Positions 1 to 10,658 of a stretch of DNA of 64,000 nucleotides are shown one piece after another. The notes beneath the pieces are model-generated. The model was given only the letters and a program-made list of their open reading frames with translations. It did no database searches and had not been told where the DNA came from. How positions within the stretch are numbered: position 1 is the first letter of the stretch; each line of letters opens with the position of its first letter. This DNA is from Acidimicrobiales bacterium (GTDB lineage: Bacteria; Actinomycetota; Acidimicrobiia; Acidimicrobiales; SZUA-35). The translations under genes were made by a program, and so were the position numbers. The stretch is from the NCBI GenBank assembly GCA_013003535.1, contig JABDIY010000137.1, positions 21,591 to 85,590 on the forward strand, written 5' to 3'.

Positions 1-595
1 CGCCGGCCACCCACCGGTCATATCAACTTTTGGGAAAGTCGACCCGGTGAAGCAGCCATTCTTGTTGATCGAAGCATTCGCGCACGTGCGTCAACAATTC
101 CCCAACGCTCAACTCGTATTTGTGGGTGACCACGACGAGCAACAGGAAGCCGCCCTCCTGGCTGCAATCGAGCGAGGAGGCGTTGGCGATGCAGTTGAAA
201 TCACCGGGCATCTGAGCGACGCAGAGTACGAAGCCGCGATTGCCGCCACGTCGATAGCGGTTCAGCTGCGGGCATTCACCAACGGAGAGTCATCGGCAGC
301 AGCCGCCGATCTCATTGGGAGTGGTGTTCCTGTGGTCGTCTCCCAGCTGGGGGCGATGGCAGAGTTGCCTGAGGATGTGGTCGTGCACGTTGAGCAGCAC
401 GCCACCGCCGCCGAATTAGCCGAGCTCCTCGTGAAGTTACTCGGCGACAACGCTCGGCTTGAATCGATGATGGAAAACGGACGGCTATTCGCCAAGGCGA
501 ATTCCTACCGAGCAGCAAGCGATGCTCTGGTTGAACGACTGTTTCCTGCCAACCCCTGGAACGAGCGAAGGGTCAGTAGCGATGCGTTTCGGTAG
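1..595 (+). CDS. Glycosyltransferase family 4 (GT-B), 5'-truncated by window edge
   Basis: Frame open from position 2; FGKVDPVKQP, GESSAAAADLIGSGVPVVVS resemble the C-terminal Rossmann domain of GT4. Confidence 0.8.
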   Translation, partial: AGHPPVISTFGKVDPVKQPFLLIEAFAHVRQQFPNAQLVFVGDHDEQQEAALLAAIERGGVGDAVEITGHLSDAEYEAAIAATSIAVQLRAFTNGESSAAAADLIGSGVPVVVSQLGAMAELPEDVVVHVEQHATAAELAELLVKLLGDNARLESMMENGRLFAKANSYRAASDALVERLFPANPWNERRVSSDAFR

Positions 596-1511
596 GGCTT
601 ATCGGCGTGCTCCAAACTCGCCCCTTCGCCCTCTGCTCTACCACATGCATATCCCCAAAACTGCCGGCACGTCTTTGCGGCGGTTGCTCGAATCGCAATT
701 CACAACAGCAGAAACATTTCCATCCTTACTTTGGGCACAGCACTGGCAACAAACGGATGCGCAGGAACAAAGCCTTCGCCAACGAATTCGTCGCACCGTC
801 GATTACCGCTTCATAGGTGGCCATTTCGACTATCAGCTCAAAGGGCTCTTCTTACCCCGACCGGTGCGTCGACTAACCGTTTTGCGAAACCCCGAAGATC
901 GGGCCCTGTCGTTCTACCACCACATCCTCGCCAACACCGAGACCGACTTTTTTGTGGAAGATGCCACCGGCCGGTGGCATGAGTATCCCCGACCATTCCC
1001 CTCGTTGGAGGAAACGTTGTCCCATCCCGTCTTCGCCACAATGTTCTCCAACACGATGTTCCGGCAGTTTGCGATCGACTACAACCCCGAAGAACTTCGT
1101 GCAAAACCGCATCGAATGGGCCCTCATTTTTCGTTTCCATTCGTCGGCGCGCCACTAAGCAAAGATCTCTATCCACTGGTTCGGGAGCGCCTGGCGAAGA
1201 CCGTTGTGGGAATCCAAGAACATTTCTTGGTCTCGCTGTGGCTGTTTCGGTGCACTCTCGACCTGCCTATTCCACTAGACGCCGAGACGAGGGAGCGGCC
1301 GGGCAAACACCTCGGCCTGAGCGGGCAAAGTGCCGCTGCGCTCGAATTGTTACGACAGCTGAATGTTTACGACAGATGGCTCTATGAGCGCGGGGTTGAA
1401 CAGTTCCTGACTCACGTTCAGACGACGGCAGCCAAGCATGGCCTGACCCCGCCGCGGGGCTTGAACGAACTCGACGCGGATTTTGCGGATCAGATTCGGA
1501 GTTGTCCCTAG
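582..1511 (+). CDS. Sulfotransferase (Sulfotransfer_2-like)
   Basis: 5'-PSB motif HIPKTAGTS and 3'-PB motif LRNPEDRALSFY; ATG 582 overlaps upstream gene end. Confidence 0.8.
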   Translation: MRFGRAYRRAPNSPLRPLLYHMHIPKTAGTSLRRLLESQFTTAETFPSLLWAQHWQQTDAQEQSLRQRIRRTVDYRFIGGHFDYQLKGLFLPRPVRRLTVLRNPEDRALSFYHHILANTETDFFVEDATGRWHEYPRPFPSLEETLSHPVFATMFSNTMFRQFAIDYNPEELRAKPHRMGPHFSFPFVGAPLSKDLYPLVRERLAKTVVGIQEHFLVSLWLFRCTLDLPIPLDAETRERPGKHLGLSGQSAAALELLRQLNVYDRWLYERGVEQFLTHVQTTAAKHGLTPPRGLNELDADFADQIRSCP

Positions 1512-1558
1512 ATGTGGCTTAGCTCAGATGTTCAGCCGATCCGGGCAATACTGGGGTC

Positions 1559-2608
1559 GTGAGATTTTTTGTCACGGGCGGTTTAGGGTTCATCGGCTCA
1601 GCAGTTGTTCGCCGGGCGATTGCGGACGGACATGAAGTGACGAATGTGGACCTCCAGACTTATGCTGGCGACCCTCGAACGGTGGCCTCGGTAGAAACTG
1701 CCGAAACCTATCGGTACGTGAAGGCAGACATCCGCGATGGGGCGGCCATCCGCTCGATCATCCATGAAGCAAGGCCAGATGCGATCATTCATCTTGCCGC
1801 GGAAACCCACGTTGACCGAAGCATTCAATCGCCGGATGAGTTCGTTAGCACCAATGTCATGGGCACGGCAACGGTCTTAGCTGCGGCCCGGGAGTACCTC
1901 GGTTCCAACAACGCCACGCCCGCCGATTTCCGTTTCATTCACGTCTCGACCGATGAGGTATTCGGATCGCTCAGGAGCGGCGACAAACCGTTCACGCCCT
2001 CAAGTCGCTATGACCCGCGCTCCCCCTACTCGGCTAGCAAAGCCGCATCAGACCATCTGGCCAGAGCCTGGTTCCACACCTACGACCTACCAGTCATCGT
2101 CACCAACTGCTCCAATAATTACGGGCCATTTCAGTTCCCTGAAAAGCTGGTGCCGCTCATGATCATTGCTGCGCTTGGTGGCCAGGACCTCCCCCTCTAC
2201 GGTACGGGCGAAAACGTTCGCGATTGGCTACATGTGGACGATCATGCGCAGGGTCTACTTCTCACCGCAGCTGGCGGCGAACCCGGTGAAACCTATCTTT
2301 TTGGTGGTGGGGCAGAGCGGACAAACCTCGAAGTGGTCTATCAGATCTGTGATCTCATCGATGAGATGGCTGACTCATACCCGAAGCAGCGTCGTGATCT
2401 CGTCCGTTTCGTAGCGGATCGCCCCGGTCATGACTACCGATACGCAATCGACTACAGCCTCACCGAACAGACATTGGGTTGGGCGCCAACCCAAACCTTC
2501 GAAGACGGCCTTCGAGCGACGGTCCGATGGTATTTGTCCAACAGCACCTTCTGGCAGTCGCTTCTCCACACCAACCGATCCTTCCAAGACCTGGGATCAA
2601 CGTCGTGA
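1559..2608 (+). CDS. rfbB: dTDP-glucose 4,6-dehydratase
   Basis: [49 protein letters not shown]. Confidence 0.96.
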   Translation: MRFFVTGGLGFIGSAVVRRAIADGHEVTNVDLQTYAGDPRTVASVETAETYRYVKADIRDGAAIRSIIHEARPDAIIHLAAETHVDRSIQSPDEFVSTNVMGTATVLAAAREYLGSNNATPADFRFIHVSTDEVFGSLRSGDKPFTPSSRYDPRSPYSASKAASDHLARAWFHTYDLPVIVTNCSNNYGPFQFPEKLVPLMIIAALGGQDLPLYGTGENVRDWLHVDDHAQGLLLTAAGGEPGETYLFGGGAERTNLEVVYQICDLIDEMADSYPKQRRDLVRFVADRPGHDYRYAIDYSLTEQTLGWAPTQTFEDGLRATVRWYLSNSTFWQSLLHTNRSFQDLGSTS

Positions 2609-3486
2609 GAGGAATCGTCTTGGCTGGAGGGAGCGGGTCACGCCTGCACCCCCTGACGTTTGCAGTGTCGAAACAGCTTCTCCCCGTCTACGACAAGCCG
2701 ATGGTCTACTACCCCATCGCCACGCTGATGCTAGCCGGGATCAAGGAATTGCTGGTGATAACCACACCCGAAGATGCTCCGGCATTCCATCGCCTACTAG
2801 GCGACGGATCGCAGTTCGGCATCTCGATCGAGTTCGCCATGCAGCCCAACCCAGAGGGACTTGCTCAGGCATTCGTCATCGGCTCCGACTTCATCGACGG
2901 TAAGGGTTGCGCCATGGTGCTGGGCGACAATCTGTTCTACGGGACTGGGATGGGTACCCAGCTCCGCTCAGCCGCTCAAATTGCGTCCGGCGCAACGGTT
3001 TTCGCACAGCAGGTTCGCCACCCTCATCGCTACGGGGTCGTGGGTTTCGACAACAACGGGAGCCCCACCAGCATCGAAGAGAAACCCGCGGCACCGAAAT
3101 CAGCATGGGCAGTCACAGGTCTCTACTTCTTCGACAGTCAAATCACCGAGATCGCCAGCGCCGTTAAGCCATCGGCGCGGGGAGAGCTGGAGATTACCAG
3201 CGTCATCCAGGTCTATCTCGATCAAGGAGATCTGGCAGTCACTCGCCTCGGGCGAGGGGTTGCGTGGTTGGACACGGGAACGTTCGACTCACTGGTGGAA
3301 GCCGGCGAATTCGTTCGGGTAGTCGAGCAGCGGCAAGGAATGAAGATCGCCTGCCTCGAGGAGATTGGGTGGCGTATGGGCTGGCTGACCGACGACCAAC
3401 TTCGCGCCCGTGCTCAGCCGCTCCTGAAGAGCGGGTATGGCGAGTATTTGCTGGGTCTACTCAACGCACTCGATGATACGGCGTGA
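2605..3486 (+). CDS. rfbA: Glucose-1-phosphate thymidylyltransferase
   Basis: [49 protein letters not shown]; GTG start overlaps rfbB stop (GTGA). Confidence 0.96.
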   Translation: MRGIVLAGGSGSRLHPLTFAVSKQLLPVYDKPMVYYPIATLMLAGIKELLVITTPEDAPAFHRLLGDGSQFGISIEFAMQPNPEGLAQAFVIGSDFIDGKGCAMVLGDNLFYGTGMGTQLRSAAQIASGATVFAQQVRHPHRYGVVGFDNNGSPTSIEEKPAAPKSAWAVTGLYFFDSQITEIASAVKPSARGELEITSVIQVYLDQGDLAVTRLGRGVAWLDTGTFDSLVEAGEFVRVVEQRQGMKIACLEEIGWRMGWLTDDQLRARAQPLLKSGYGEYLLGLLNALDDTA

Positions 3487-3544
3487 GCTGAGGGCGTTCC
3501 CCACCGAGCCCGGGTGACCGGACTACGATCGACGGGGAGGTCCT

Positions 3545-4549
3545 GTGCGGCTCGTTGTTTTCTCTATTTGCAAAGATGAGGCGGCCACGATCGCTCGGGT
3601 GATCGAAGGGATTCCTCCCGAGATAGCTGGCATTTCCGAGGTCCAGGTTCTGGTGGTCAGTGATGGCAGCACCGACGAGACGGCGGAGATCGCCCGCCGG
3701 AGCGGCGCCACGGTGATCGAGGGTCGCGTCCAACGACGATTAGCGTTCCGGTTCCAACAGGCGGTGAACGAAGCGCTCGCCATGGGTGCCGACATCGCCG
3801 TCAACATCGATGGCGATCTCCAGTTCGACCCGGCCGAGATCCCTCAGCTCGTCGCACCGATCGTGGCTGGTGCCGCTGACTTCGTTGCCGCCGACCGCTT
3901 CGCATCCTCCCTCTCCGGGCAGAAACGGAGGCCCGAGAACATGCCTCTGAGCAAGTACTGGGGAAACCGGTTGGGGGCCCGTGTCGTCAGCACACTTTCG
4001 GGCGGCTCGTTCAACGACGTGACATGTGGTTTCCGGGCGTACAACCGAACGGCCCTGCTCGCGCTCAACATCAATACCAAACACACCTACACCCAGGAGT
4101 CCTTCCAGTTGCTCACGGAAGCGGGCCTGGATGTTGAGACACTCCCGGTTGAGGTTACGTACTATCCCGGACGCGAGTCTCGGGTTGTCACCAGCATCTG
4201 GACGTTTACCGCTACCAGTGCAGTCAACATCCTGCGGGCGTACCGAGACTTCGCCCCACTCCGCTTTTTCTTCATGCTGGGGCTCCTGGCAGTACTCCCG
4301 GGATTCGCCGCCAGCGCATTCGTCGGCGGCCACTGGCTCGTCACCGGGCGGACCTCGCCGTACACATCGCTGGGGCTTGTCGGCGTCTACATTTTCTCAC
4401 TCGGCCTTCTTCTCTGGGTCGTCGGGCTGCTGGCCGACATGCAGGTGCGCACCACCCGCAATCAGGAAAAGATTCTCCGGATGCTGAAGGACGTCACCTA
4501 CAGCACGGAGGCGGAGTTCATCGATGTACGGACGTCGGAGGATGACTGA
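3545..4549 (+). CDS. GT2 glycosyltransferase, polyprenol-phosphate sugar synthase-like, with two C-terminal TM helices
   Basis: SDGSTDET, IDGDLQFDP, DVTCGFRAY; SD GGAGG upstream. Confidence 0.85.
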   Translation: MRLVVFSICKDEAATIARVIEGIPPEIAGISEVQVLVVSDGSTDETAEIARRSGATVIEGRVQRRLAFRFQQAVNEALAMGADIAVNIDGDLQFDPAEIPQLVAPIVAGAADFVAADRFASSLSGQKRRPENMPLSKYWGNRLGARVVSTLSGGSFNDVTCGFRAYNRTALLALNINTKHTYTQESFQLLTEAGLDVETLPVEVTYYPGRESRVVTSIWTFTATSAVNILRAYRDFAPLRFFFMLGLLAVLPGFAASAFVGGHWLVTGRTSPYTSLGLVGVYIFSLGLLLWVVGLLADMQVRTTRNQEKILRMLKDVTYSTEAEFIDVRTSEDD

Positions 4550-5483
4550 TGAACAACCGCGCCAGCGGCCGATCTACTTGTTGCTGGCTCCGCTGCTGAT
4601 CGTCGTTGCGCTCGGCTTCGCGCTGCAACAGTTTCAGGGCGGCGGCGAAATACTCTCCCGGTTGACAAGCGCTTCACCCGCGCTGCTGGCGATCTGTGTT
4701 GTGAGCCTGCTGCTCTACTGGTGGATTACCGTCTCATCGTGGTCTTTGATCGCCCGAATCGGCGCCAATGCCAAGATGCCCATCTCGGCGTCGTTAGCGC
4801 AGATCGTGACTGTCAACCTCGGTAAATACGTACCCGGAAAGATCTGGGGCATCGTTGCTCGCGGCACGTTGATGACGAAATACGGTGCCACCGCGCGCGG
4901 GATAATGAATGCCTCAGTTCTGGAGCAGTTCTACCTTCTCTTCACCGCGTTGTGCGTTGGCACCTTCTCGTGGGGCCTGAGTCGGGCCGGCGTGCTCCGT
5001 GGCGTGCTTGTCGTCGCATCGATGGCCCTCGCGGCCGCTGGTGTTCTGGCACCCCGGGTCTTCCTTTCAGCGTGGAACCGTACGCTCCACAAGCTTCGGC
5101 CGGGAACCGCAATATCCACAATTGCACCCCCCACCTTCTCCGAGGGCGCTGCGCTGATTGGTCGCTACATCCTCATATGGATCTCCCTCGGAGTTTTCTT
5201 CGCCGGCCTCACCGTCGCCATCACTGATATCGAGAGGTCGCTGTCCACACTCGGCCTGCTCGTCTTCACCAACACCACTGCTTACGTGGGCGGATTCGTT
5301 GCACTCTTCGCTCCTGGTGGCCTGGGTGTTAGGGAGTCGATTGGTGCCGGCCTACTGGCCAGTTCCCTCGGTCTTGAGGAAGCGGCATTTGTCATGGTCG
5401 CCTACCGAATCCTGATCATGATCAGCGAGCTCATTGCGGCCGCACTTGCCATCCCACGCTTCGCCGAGGTGCTCCGTGGCTGA
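4542..5483 (+). CDS. Lysylphosphatidylglycerol-synthase-TM / flippase-like membrane protein
   Basis: Multi-TM; NLGKYVPGKIW, PGGLGVRE and terminal YR motifs of the UPF0104-like family. Confidence 0.75.
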   Translation: MTDEQPRQRPIYLLLAPLLIVVALGFALQQFQGGGEILSRLTSASPALLAICVVSLLLYWWITVSSWSLIARIGANAKMPISASLAQIVTVNLGKYVPGKIWGIVARGTLMTKYGATARGIMNASVLEQFYLLFTALCVGTFSWGLSRAGVLRGVLVVASMALAAAGVLAPRVFLSAWNRTLHKLRPGTAISTIAPPTFSEGAALIGRYILIWISLGVFFAGLTVAITDIERSLSTLGLLVFTNTTAYVGGFVALFAPGGLGVRESIGAGLLASSLGLEEAAFVMVAYRILIMISELIAAALAIPRFAEVLRG

Positions 5484-6588
5484 GGGCATCCCGATCAGGG
5501 TCTGCTACGTCTTGGCCTACCGCGACCCCGAATATGTACGAACCCGGACCTTGATTGCCGCCTTGGAATCACTCGGCCACATACAGCTGACCACCGTGAT
5601 CAATACCCAGCGAGGGGTGCGTCGCTACGGCGAGGTTCTTCGGATGTTGGTGAAGCAGCGTCGCCAGAAACCCGATGTGTACATCCTGGGCTTCCGGGGC
5701 CATGAGTTGTACTGGCTGGTCCGGATGATCGCGGCAGGGCGACCCATCATTTTCGACGCATTCCTCTCCCCTTCCGACGTGCTCCAGAGCGAAGCCAAAC
5801 ATGGCAGAAGCGGTCAGCTCCTCGGACACATAGTCGCTCCAATGGAGCGGGCCATTCTCCGGAATGCGTCGGCGGTGCTCGTTGATACCCAGAACCACGC
5901 CGAACTCTTCTCGGAAAGATTCCGGGTGGCTGCAGAGCTGATCACCGCTCTGCCCGTTGGGGCCTACCCTGTTCCGGACGTGGACCGTGCCGTCGAGAAC
6001 CCTGATTCTCCGCTGCAGGTACTTTTCTACGGCAGCGTCCTGCCTCTCCACGGGCTGAGCGTCGTCTTCGCAGCACTCGAGCGCCTGGAAAACGTCGCCC
6101 TTCGGCTGCGTACGATCGGCGGCACGGCCGAGAGTATCGAACAGCTTCGAGGCTCGCTGGTCCATGGCCCAAAGATGGAAATCGCCCACAGCGAATGGGT
6201 TCCGCTCCCAGACATCATCGCCTCCGAAATCCCCGCGGCGGATTTGTGCCTTGGCGGACCCTTCGGAGGCACCCCGCAGGCCCTGAGAGTCGTGACCGGA
6301 AAGACCTACCAGTTTTTAGCGGGCTGCCGAGCCACCGTGGTGGGCCGCACTCCCGATCATGAGTTGTTGGGCTTCGCCGATCGGTACAACTGCCTCATCG
6401 TCGATCAAGACGATCCGCAACAACTGGCCGACACCATCCGGTGGGCGGATGAAAACCGAGACGAGCTCCCCGAGATCGGAATGCGGGGGCGGGAACTGTT
6501 CGATCGAAGCTTCACTGTCGAAGCGATCGCTACCGCGCTCGAACCGGTCCTCGGTCGCTTCGGCCCAGCGGAACGGACGGGTCCGTGA
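5476..6588 (+). CDS. Glycosyltransferase family 4
   Basis: VLFYGSVLPLHG, ADLCLGGPFG, KTYQFLA; GTG 5476 overlaps previous gene. Confidence 0.8.
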   Translation: MAEGIPIRVCYVLAYRDPEYVRTRTLIAALESLGHIQLTTVINTQRGVRRYGEVLRMLVKQRRQKPDVYILGFRGHELYWLVRMIAAGRPIIFDAFLSPSDVLQSEAKHGRSGQLLGHIVAPMERAILRNASAVLVDTQNHAELFSERFRVAAELITALPVGAYPVPDVDRAVENPDSPLQVLFYGSVLPLHGLSVVFAALERLENVALRLRTIGGTAESIEQLRGSLVHGPKMEIAHSEWVPLPDIIASEIPAADLCLGGPFGGTPQALRVVTGKTYQFLAGCRATVVGRTPDHELLGFADRYNCLIVDQDDPQQLADTIRWADENRDELPEIGMRGRELFDRSFTVEAIATALEPVLGRFGPAERTGP

Positions 6589-7340
6589 AGTATCTCCCAC
6601 CCCGCTACCTGTTTCGCAGATACGAAGTCCTTCGAAACCTCCAACCGGGTGAGCGGTTCCTGGAGATCGGAGCCGGCGATCTGACACTCAGCCTTGAGCT
6701 ACTCGAGCATTTCAAGCAAGGGGTTGCAATCGAACTCACCGATGACATGCATGTAGTGCACGCTGCGCTACCCGACGATGCCAGGGAGAGGCTCACACCA
6801 ATCACCGGAGATTTCGCAACGATTGATCTGGATGGCCAGTTCGATGCTGTGATTTCTTGCGAGGTCCTGGAACACGTCCTCGAGCACGAAGAATTCCTTC
6901 GTCGCATGAACAGCGTTCTTCGGCCCGGTGGTCAACTGATCCTGGCCGTGCCCAGCCGTATGAAGTATTGGACCGAGCATGACGAGCTCGTGGGCCACGT
7001 ACGTCGCTACGAGAAAGACGACATCCGAGGTCTTCTCGAACAGGCCGGTTTCGTGGGCGTCAGAATCCTGTCGTATGGCTTTCCGTGGGTCAACATGCTT
7101 CGTATTCCTCGTCGGATCCTGGCACGCCACCAACGTACTGAGCGTTCTCAATGGGATCTGGACACGCGAACCCAACAGAGCAATCATCGTCAGATACCGG
7201 AAGCGCTCAGCCAATCGCCTCTTCGATTCTTCACACGCCCGACCTTGTTCCAACCGTTTGCCGCTATTTCACGGCTCTTCAATTCTTACGACCTCTCCGA
7301 TGGCTATGTCGTGGTGACCATGAGGCCGCCGTGCCCGTAA
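6585..7340 (+). CDS. Class I SAM-dependent methyltransferase
   Basis: LEIGAGDL, FDAVISCEVLEHV, LRPGG, GHVRRY. Confidence 0.88.
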   Translation: MKYLPPRYLFRRYEVLRNLQPGERFLEIGAGDLTLSLELLEHFKQGVAIELTDDMHVVHAALPDDARERLTPITGDFATIDLDGQFDAVISCEVLEHVLEHEEFLRRMNSVLRPGGQLILAVPSRMKYWTEHDELVGHVRRYEKDDIRGLLEQAGFVGVRILSYGFPWVNMLRIPRRILARHQRTERSQWDLDTRTQQSNHRQIPEALSQSPLRFFTRPTLFQPFAAISRLFNSYDLSDGYVVVTMRPPCP

Positions 7341-7356
7341 GGCCCGAACTTCTCTG

Positions 7357-9285
7357 ATGGGCCTTCTCACTGCGGCCGGTGGACTCCTCGGTCTTCTCTT
7401 TCTCGGCGCCGGCGTTATGCGCCTATGGCAAAACTCCCTCAAAGACCCGGGCGATTTCATCCAACGTGTGGGCGACTCGCTCGCTCTGGCCGTTCCCGCC
7501 GTCCTGCTCCTCAGCCTCGTAGCAATCAGGCTGGAGGTCCTCAACCGTCCGCTGGTTCTCCTTGGCTTGGCTCCAATCGTCGGGCTTGGAATGATTTCCA
7601 CAATTCAAGCAGTTCCACGGCTCCCCCAACGTCTCCCCGCCATGGCGGGAATAGGCCTGGCTGCCGTCGCCCTATTCCAGAGGCGGAACCCCGTCTACTT
7701 CTTGGGCGAGTGGAGCGACTTCGGTGAGTATGTGAATCGCGGCAACGCCATAGCCGATGGTGGCTCGCCCGGTGGATATTTTCCTCCGCTGACCGAGACA
7801 TTGATGGCGTTCGGACATCTCGTTTTCGGCGAGGCCCAAGCGATCCAGATCATCCCGGTGATCGCAGTCTTGACGGGCTTGTTCCTCGCCGCCTGCACGT
7901 TCATACTCACACGATCCATGGCCGGAGCGGCGTTCACAGGAGCCGTATTTGCGGTGCACCCGGCGGCCGTTTGGTTTGGTCGCCTCCCTACAAGCGAGGC
8001 CCTGTACGGGTTTCTCGCCACAGTGTTCCTCTACCAGTGCCTGCGATCGCGCCAGGGTGCTCCGAGCCTCCCGCTGTTTGTAACCATGATGGCAATGATC
8101 ACAACCCGCCCGAACGGCCTGGTCGCAATCGCTCCATTCGCGGCAGCGGTACTGCTGGGATCGCTGGTGGGTGACGGCGTTCGCTGGCGACGCCTTATCA
8201 CTCCAGTCGCCGGCGGTTGGCTGGCGGGGTATCTGTGGCTGGCCAACTTCGGTTTCCTGCGGGGGGTGTTCGTCTCGGTCGGCAGCCTGGTGGGTGCAGG
8301 AACAGACGATTTGGCTGAAACTCTGTCATCGCCCGGCGCCCAGGTCGGCGTCGTTATCGCCGCCACCGTCGGCGCTTTGTTGCTTCGGCAACTCTCGCTG
8401 GTCGTAGAACGATCGGCTCCGGCATCCTTGCGGCAGTATCCGTCGTCAATTCTCCTCGCCGCCGTTTGCGCCATTGGTCTGGCCATCCTCGCTTCGGGCC
8501 AACTTCCGATTCTTCGAGATGGGTTGCGTAGTTTCGGCATAGTGATCCTGATTCTGGCTGGAGCTGGTGCGCTCATCATGATCCTCGGTCCGGTTGCAAC
8601 CGATCGAGGTGGCGTTGCCTTGATCACCGCCCAGACGGCAATGTGGAGTTTCGTCTATTCGATGCAGTTCGACGAGGCCGTTCCCCATTACATCTACCTC
8701 TACTGGGAGCGGTATCTCTATCCCACCGTGATGCTCCTCAGCTTCGTGTTTGCGGGAGCGGTGCTCCCGTTTGCCCAGTCGCTGTTTACCTCGGCCAGAA
8801 CAAGCGTTGGAGTGCTGAGCAAGGGCATCGCGGTTGTGGTCACGATCGCGATACTGCTCGTACTGGTGCCAGGTGACACCTTGCAACACCACGAGCAGTA
8901 CCACGGGAAGGACTTCTACGAAGATCTTGCGGCGGTGGCCGAGTCATTGCCCGAAAATGCCATCGTTACCTACGACGGCGTAGCGGCCGAGGAGATCTGG
9001 GAGCGGTACTTCTTCTTCTATCCCAACACGTACCGGGTCATCGGCAGCCCACTGGTAAACACCTTCGGTGTACAGTTCAACAATCTTCCTGTAGATGCCC
9101 GCGCCCCCGATCCCGCCGCCAACCTCGAAGGCGCAACTCACAGACTGACCGTGCGGATCGAACCGTCAGATGCCGCGCTGAATGAGACCACTCGTTTCAC
9201 CCCGATCTCGGTGCTTCCTCGTGACTCCACCACCAGTGATGACTGGGCCACTTGGACCCTGGCAATCACCGTTGATGCTCTCTAA
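7357..9285 (+). CDS. Polytopic membrane protein, probable GT-C fold glycosyltransferase
   Basis: Many TM segments; acidic loop motif SDFGEY, FPPL, later ERY motif; in glycosylation operon. Confidence 0.6.
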   Translation: MGLLTAAGGLLGLLFLGAGVMRLWQNSLKDPGDFIQRVGDSLALAVPAVLLLSLVAIRLEVLNRPLVLLGLAPIVGLGMISTIQAVPRLPQRLPAMAGIGLAAVALFQRRNPVYFLGEWSDFGEYVNRGNAIADGGSPGGYFPPLTETLMAFGHLVFGEAQAIQIIPVIAVLTGLFLAACTFILTRSMAGAAFTGAVFAVHPAAVWFGRLPTSEALYGFLATVFLYQCLRSRQGAPSLPLFVTMMAMITTRPNGLVAIAPFAAAVLLGSLVGDGVRWRRLITPVAGGWLAGYLWLANFGFLRGVFVSVGSLVGAGTDDLAETLSSPGAQVGVVIAATVGALLLRQLSLVVERSAPASLRQYPSSILLAAVCAIGLAILASGQLPILRDGLRSFGIVILILAGAGALIMILGPVATDRGGVALITAQTAMWSFVYSMQFDEAVPHYIYLYWERYLYPTVMLLSFVFAGAVLPFAQSLFTSARTSVGVLSKGIAVVVTIAILLVLVPGDTLQHHEQYHGKDFYEDLAAVAESLPENAIVTYDGVAAEEIWERYFFFYPNTYRVIGSPLVNTFGVQFNNLPVDARAPDPAANLEGATHRLTVRIEPSDAALNETTRFTPISVLPRDSTTSDDWATWTLAITVDAL

Positions 9286-9291
9286 CCCAAC

Positions 9292-9786
9292 CTAAGCCGG
9301 GAGCCAAGCCACCCACTGCGGGTGGGCCTTGGTCTTGAGGACCGCGGAAAAAGCGGGAGCCCGAGGGGGCCGCTTCAAAGTGAGGCCGGCACCGGCGAGG
9401 GATCGCGAACCCTTGCGCTGATTATGCAACTTGCACATCAGCACGGTGTTCTCCCACGTGGTGTCGCCACCTCGACAGCGGGGCACGATGTGATCCACGG
9501 TGGACCCGTTGGCGTGACATCCTGCCACCTGACAGGTGTTCTCATCCCGAGCTCGCAGGGCTGATCGTGTCCAGGGAGCCTTTCCACCCCGACGGAAGGC
9601 CTTCACCATGTTGAAGAGTCGTACGACCACCGGAAACGGGAATTCGGCCCCGCCGCAGGTTCGGATCGTCCGATCCTCGGACTGCTCGAGCAATTCGCAT
9701 TCGCCCTCGAGCACCAGGACGATCGCCCGCCGCCAACTGATAACGGTCAGCGGCTCGTAGCTTGCGTTTAACAGAAGTACCGACAT
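9292..9786 (-). CDS. HNH endonuclease
   Basis: VLLLNASYEPL N-terminus; CQVAGC...TVDHIVPRCRGG..WEN...C..HNQRKG; SD GGAGGGAGG. Confidence 0.88.
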   Translation of the reverse strand: MSVLLLNASYEPLTVISWRRAIVLVLEGECELLEQSEDRTIRTCGGAEFPFPVVVRLFNMVKAFRRGGKAPWTRSALRARDENTCQVAGCHANGSTVDHIVPRCRGGDTTWENTVLMCKLHNQRKGSRSLAGAGLTLKRPPRAPAFSAVLKTKAHPQWVAWLPA

Positions 9787-9878
9787 GGACTACTCACCTC
9801 CCTCCGTGAACCTTTCCGAGACAGTAAACGTTACGCGATTCTGTCGCCAATCATTTGCCACTCTGTGCACTGGGTACT

Positions 9879-10658
9879 TCACGTTGGTTGTAGACCTTCG
9901 ATTTCGATGTGTGCCTGTTCATAGAGCCAGACGTCGAACCGGTTGAACTCTGAGATTACCTCGCGGGTACGGGGCTTCAGATCGTCGAGACTGGGTCGAG
10001 ACGGGGTGATGTGGGCCCGTGGTCCTCTGCCGCTTGGCACAACCCAGCCGAACCGAGTGGCGAGCTGGGCGTAGAAGTCTTCGATTCGAGCGAGGTCACC
10101 AACAACTTCAATGCCTGTGGTGAGGTTGAGCAAAGCTCGTTCCGCGTCGGCGGCCGTACAACTCCCGATCGGGGTTTGGGTGTTGGTGCCGCAGAGCTGC
10201 CGAACCATTTGGTTGTCGAAATTGTGGCTGGAGCCACTGGCCACAGCACCCTCCAATCCCATCGAGATGAGATCCCGTTCGACTTCGGACAGCGACTCTG
10301 GCGGAACCGCCGAGAGGTAGTAGTACGCACTGATCACACGGTCGATCGGGTCGCGGAGCAAGGTGAAGTAGCGGGCTCGCTCCAGCCCCAAACTCTCATG
10401 AACCCCGTAGGGCAGGTGGCCGTGCACAATCGTGGTCAGACCTCGCCCAGACCGATTCTGTACTGTTGCCACCAGCTGGTCCGGGACGGCACTTGGCGCG
10501 GCGTCACAACGCAGGTTTCCCGCCTTCTCAACCTGGCGGTCCAGCGTTTGGAGAACGCTCACTCCCCCGGTCTTGGGTATGTGAATGAACACAAAAGTGC
10601 TCCCCATCTCGGCTGGAGTTGACTGGCCCGGCCTCGAACGGAATCTCGGCAGTCTCAA
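9879..10658 (-). CDS. Sulfotransferase (Sulfotransfer_2-like)
   Basis: FIHIPKTGGVS, LRDPIDRVISAYYY; TTG start overlaps wzt stop. Confidence 0.82.
   Translation of the reverse strand: MRLPRFRSRPGQSTPAEMGSTFVFIHIPKTGGVSVLQTLDRQVEKAGNLRCDAAPSAVPDQLVATVQNRSGRGLTTIVHGHLPYGVHESLGLERARYFTLLRDPIDRVISAYYYLSAVPPESLSEVERDLISMGLEGAVASGSSHNFDNQMVRQLCGTNTQTPIGSCTAADAERALLNLTTGIEVVGDLARIEDFYAQLATRFGWVVPSGRGPRAHITPSRPSLDDLKPRTREVISEFNRFDVWLYEQAHIEIEGLQPT

Noticed and set aside
1559-3486. Missing rfbC/rfbD as a novel sugar pathway
   Set aside because: These genes are often elsewhere, and the cluster extends beyond the left edge.
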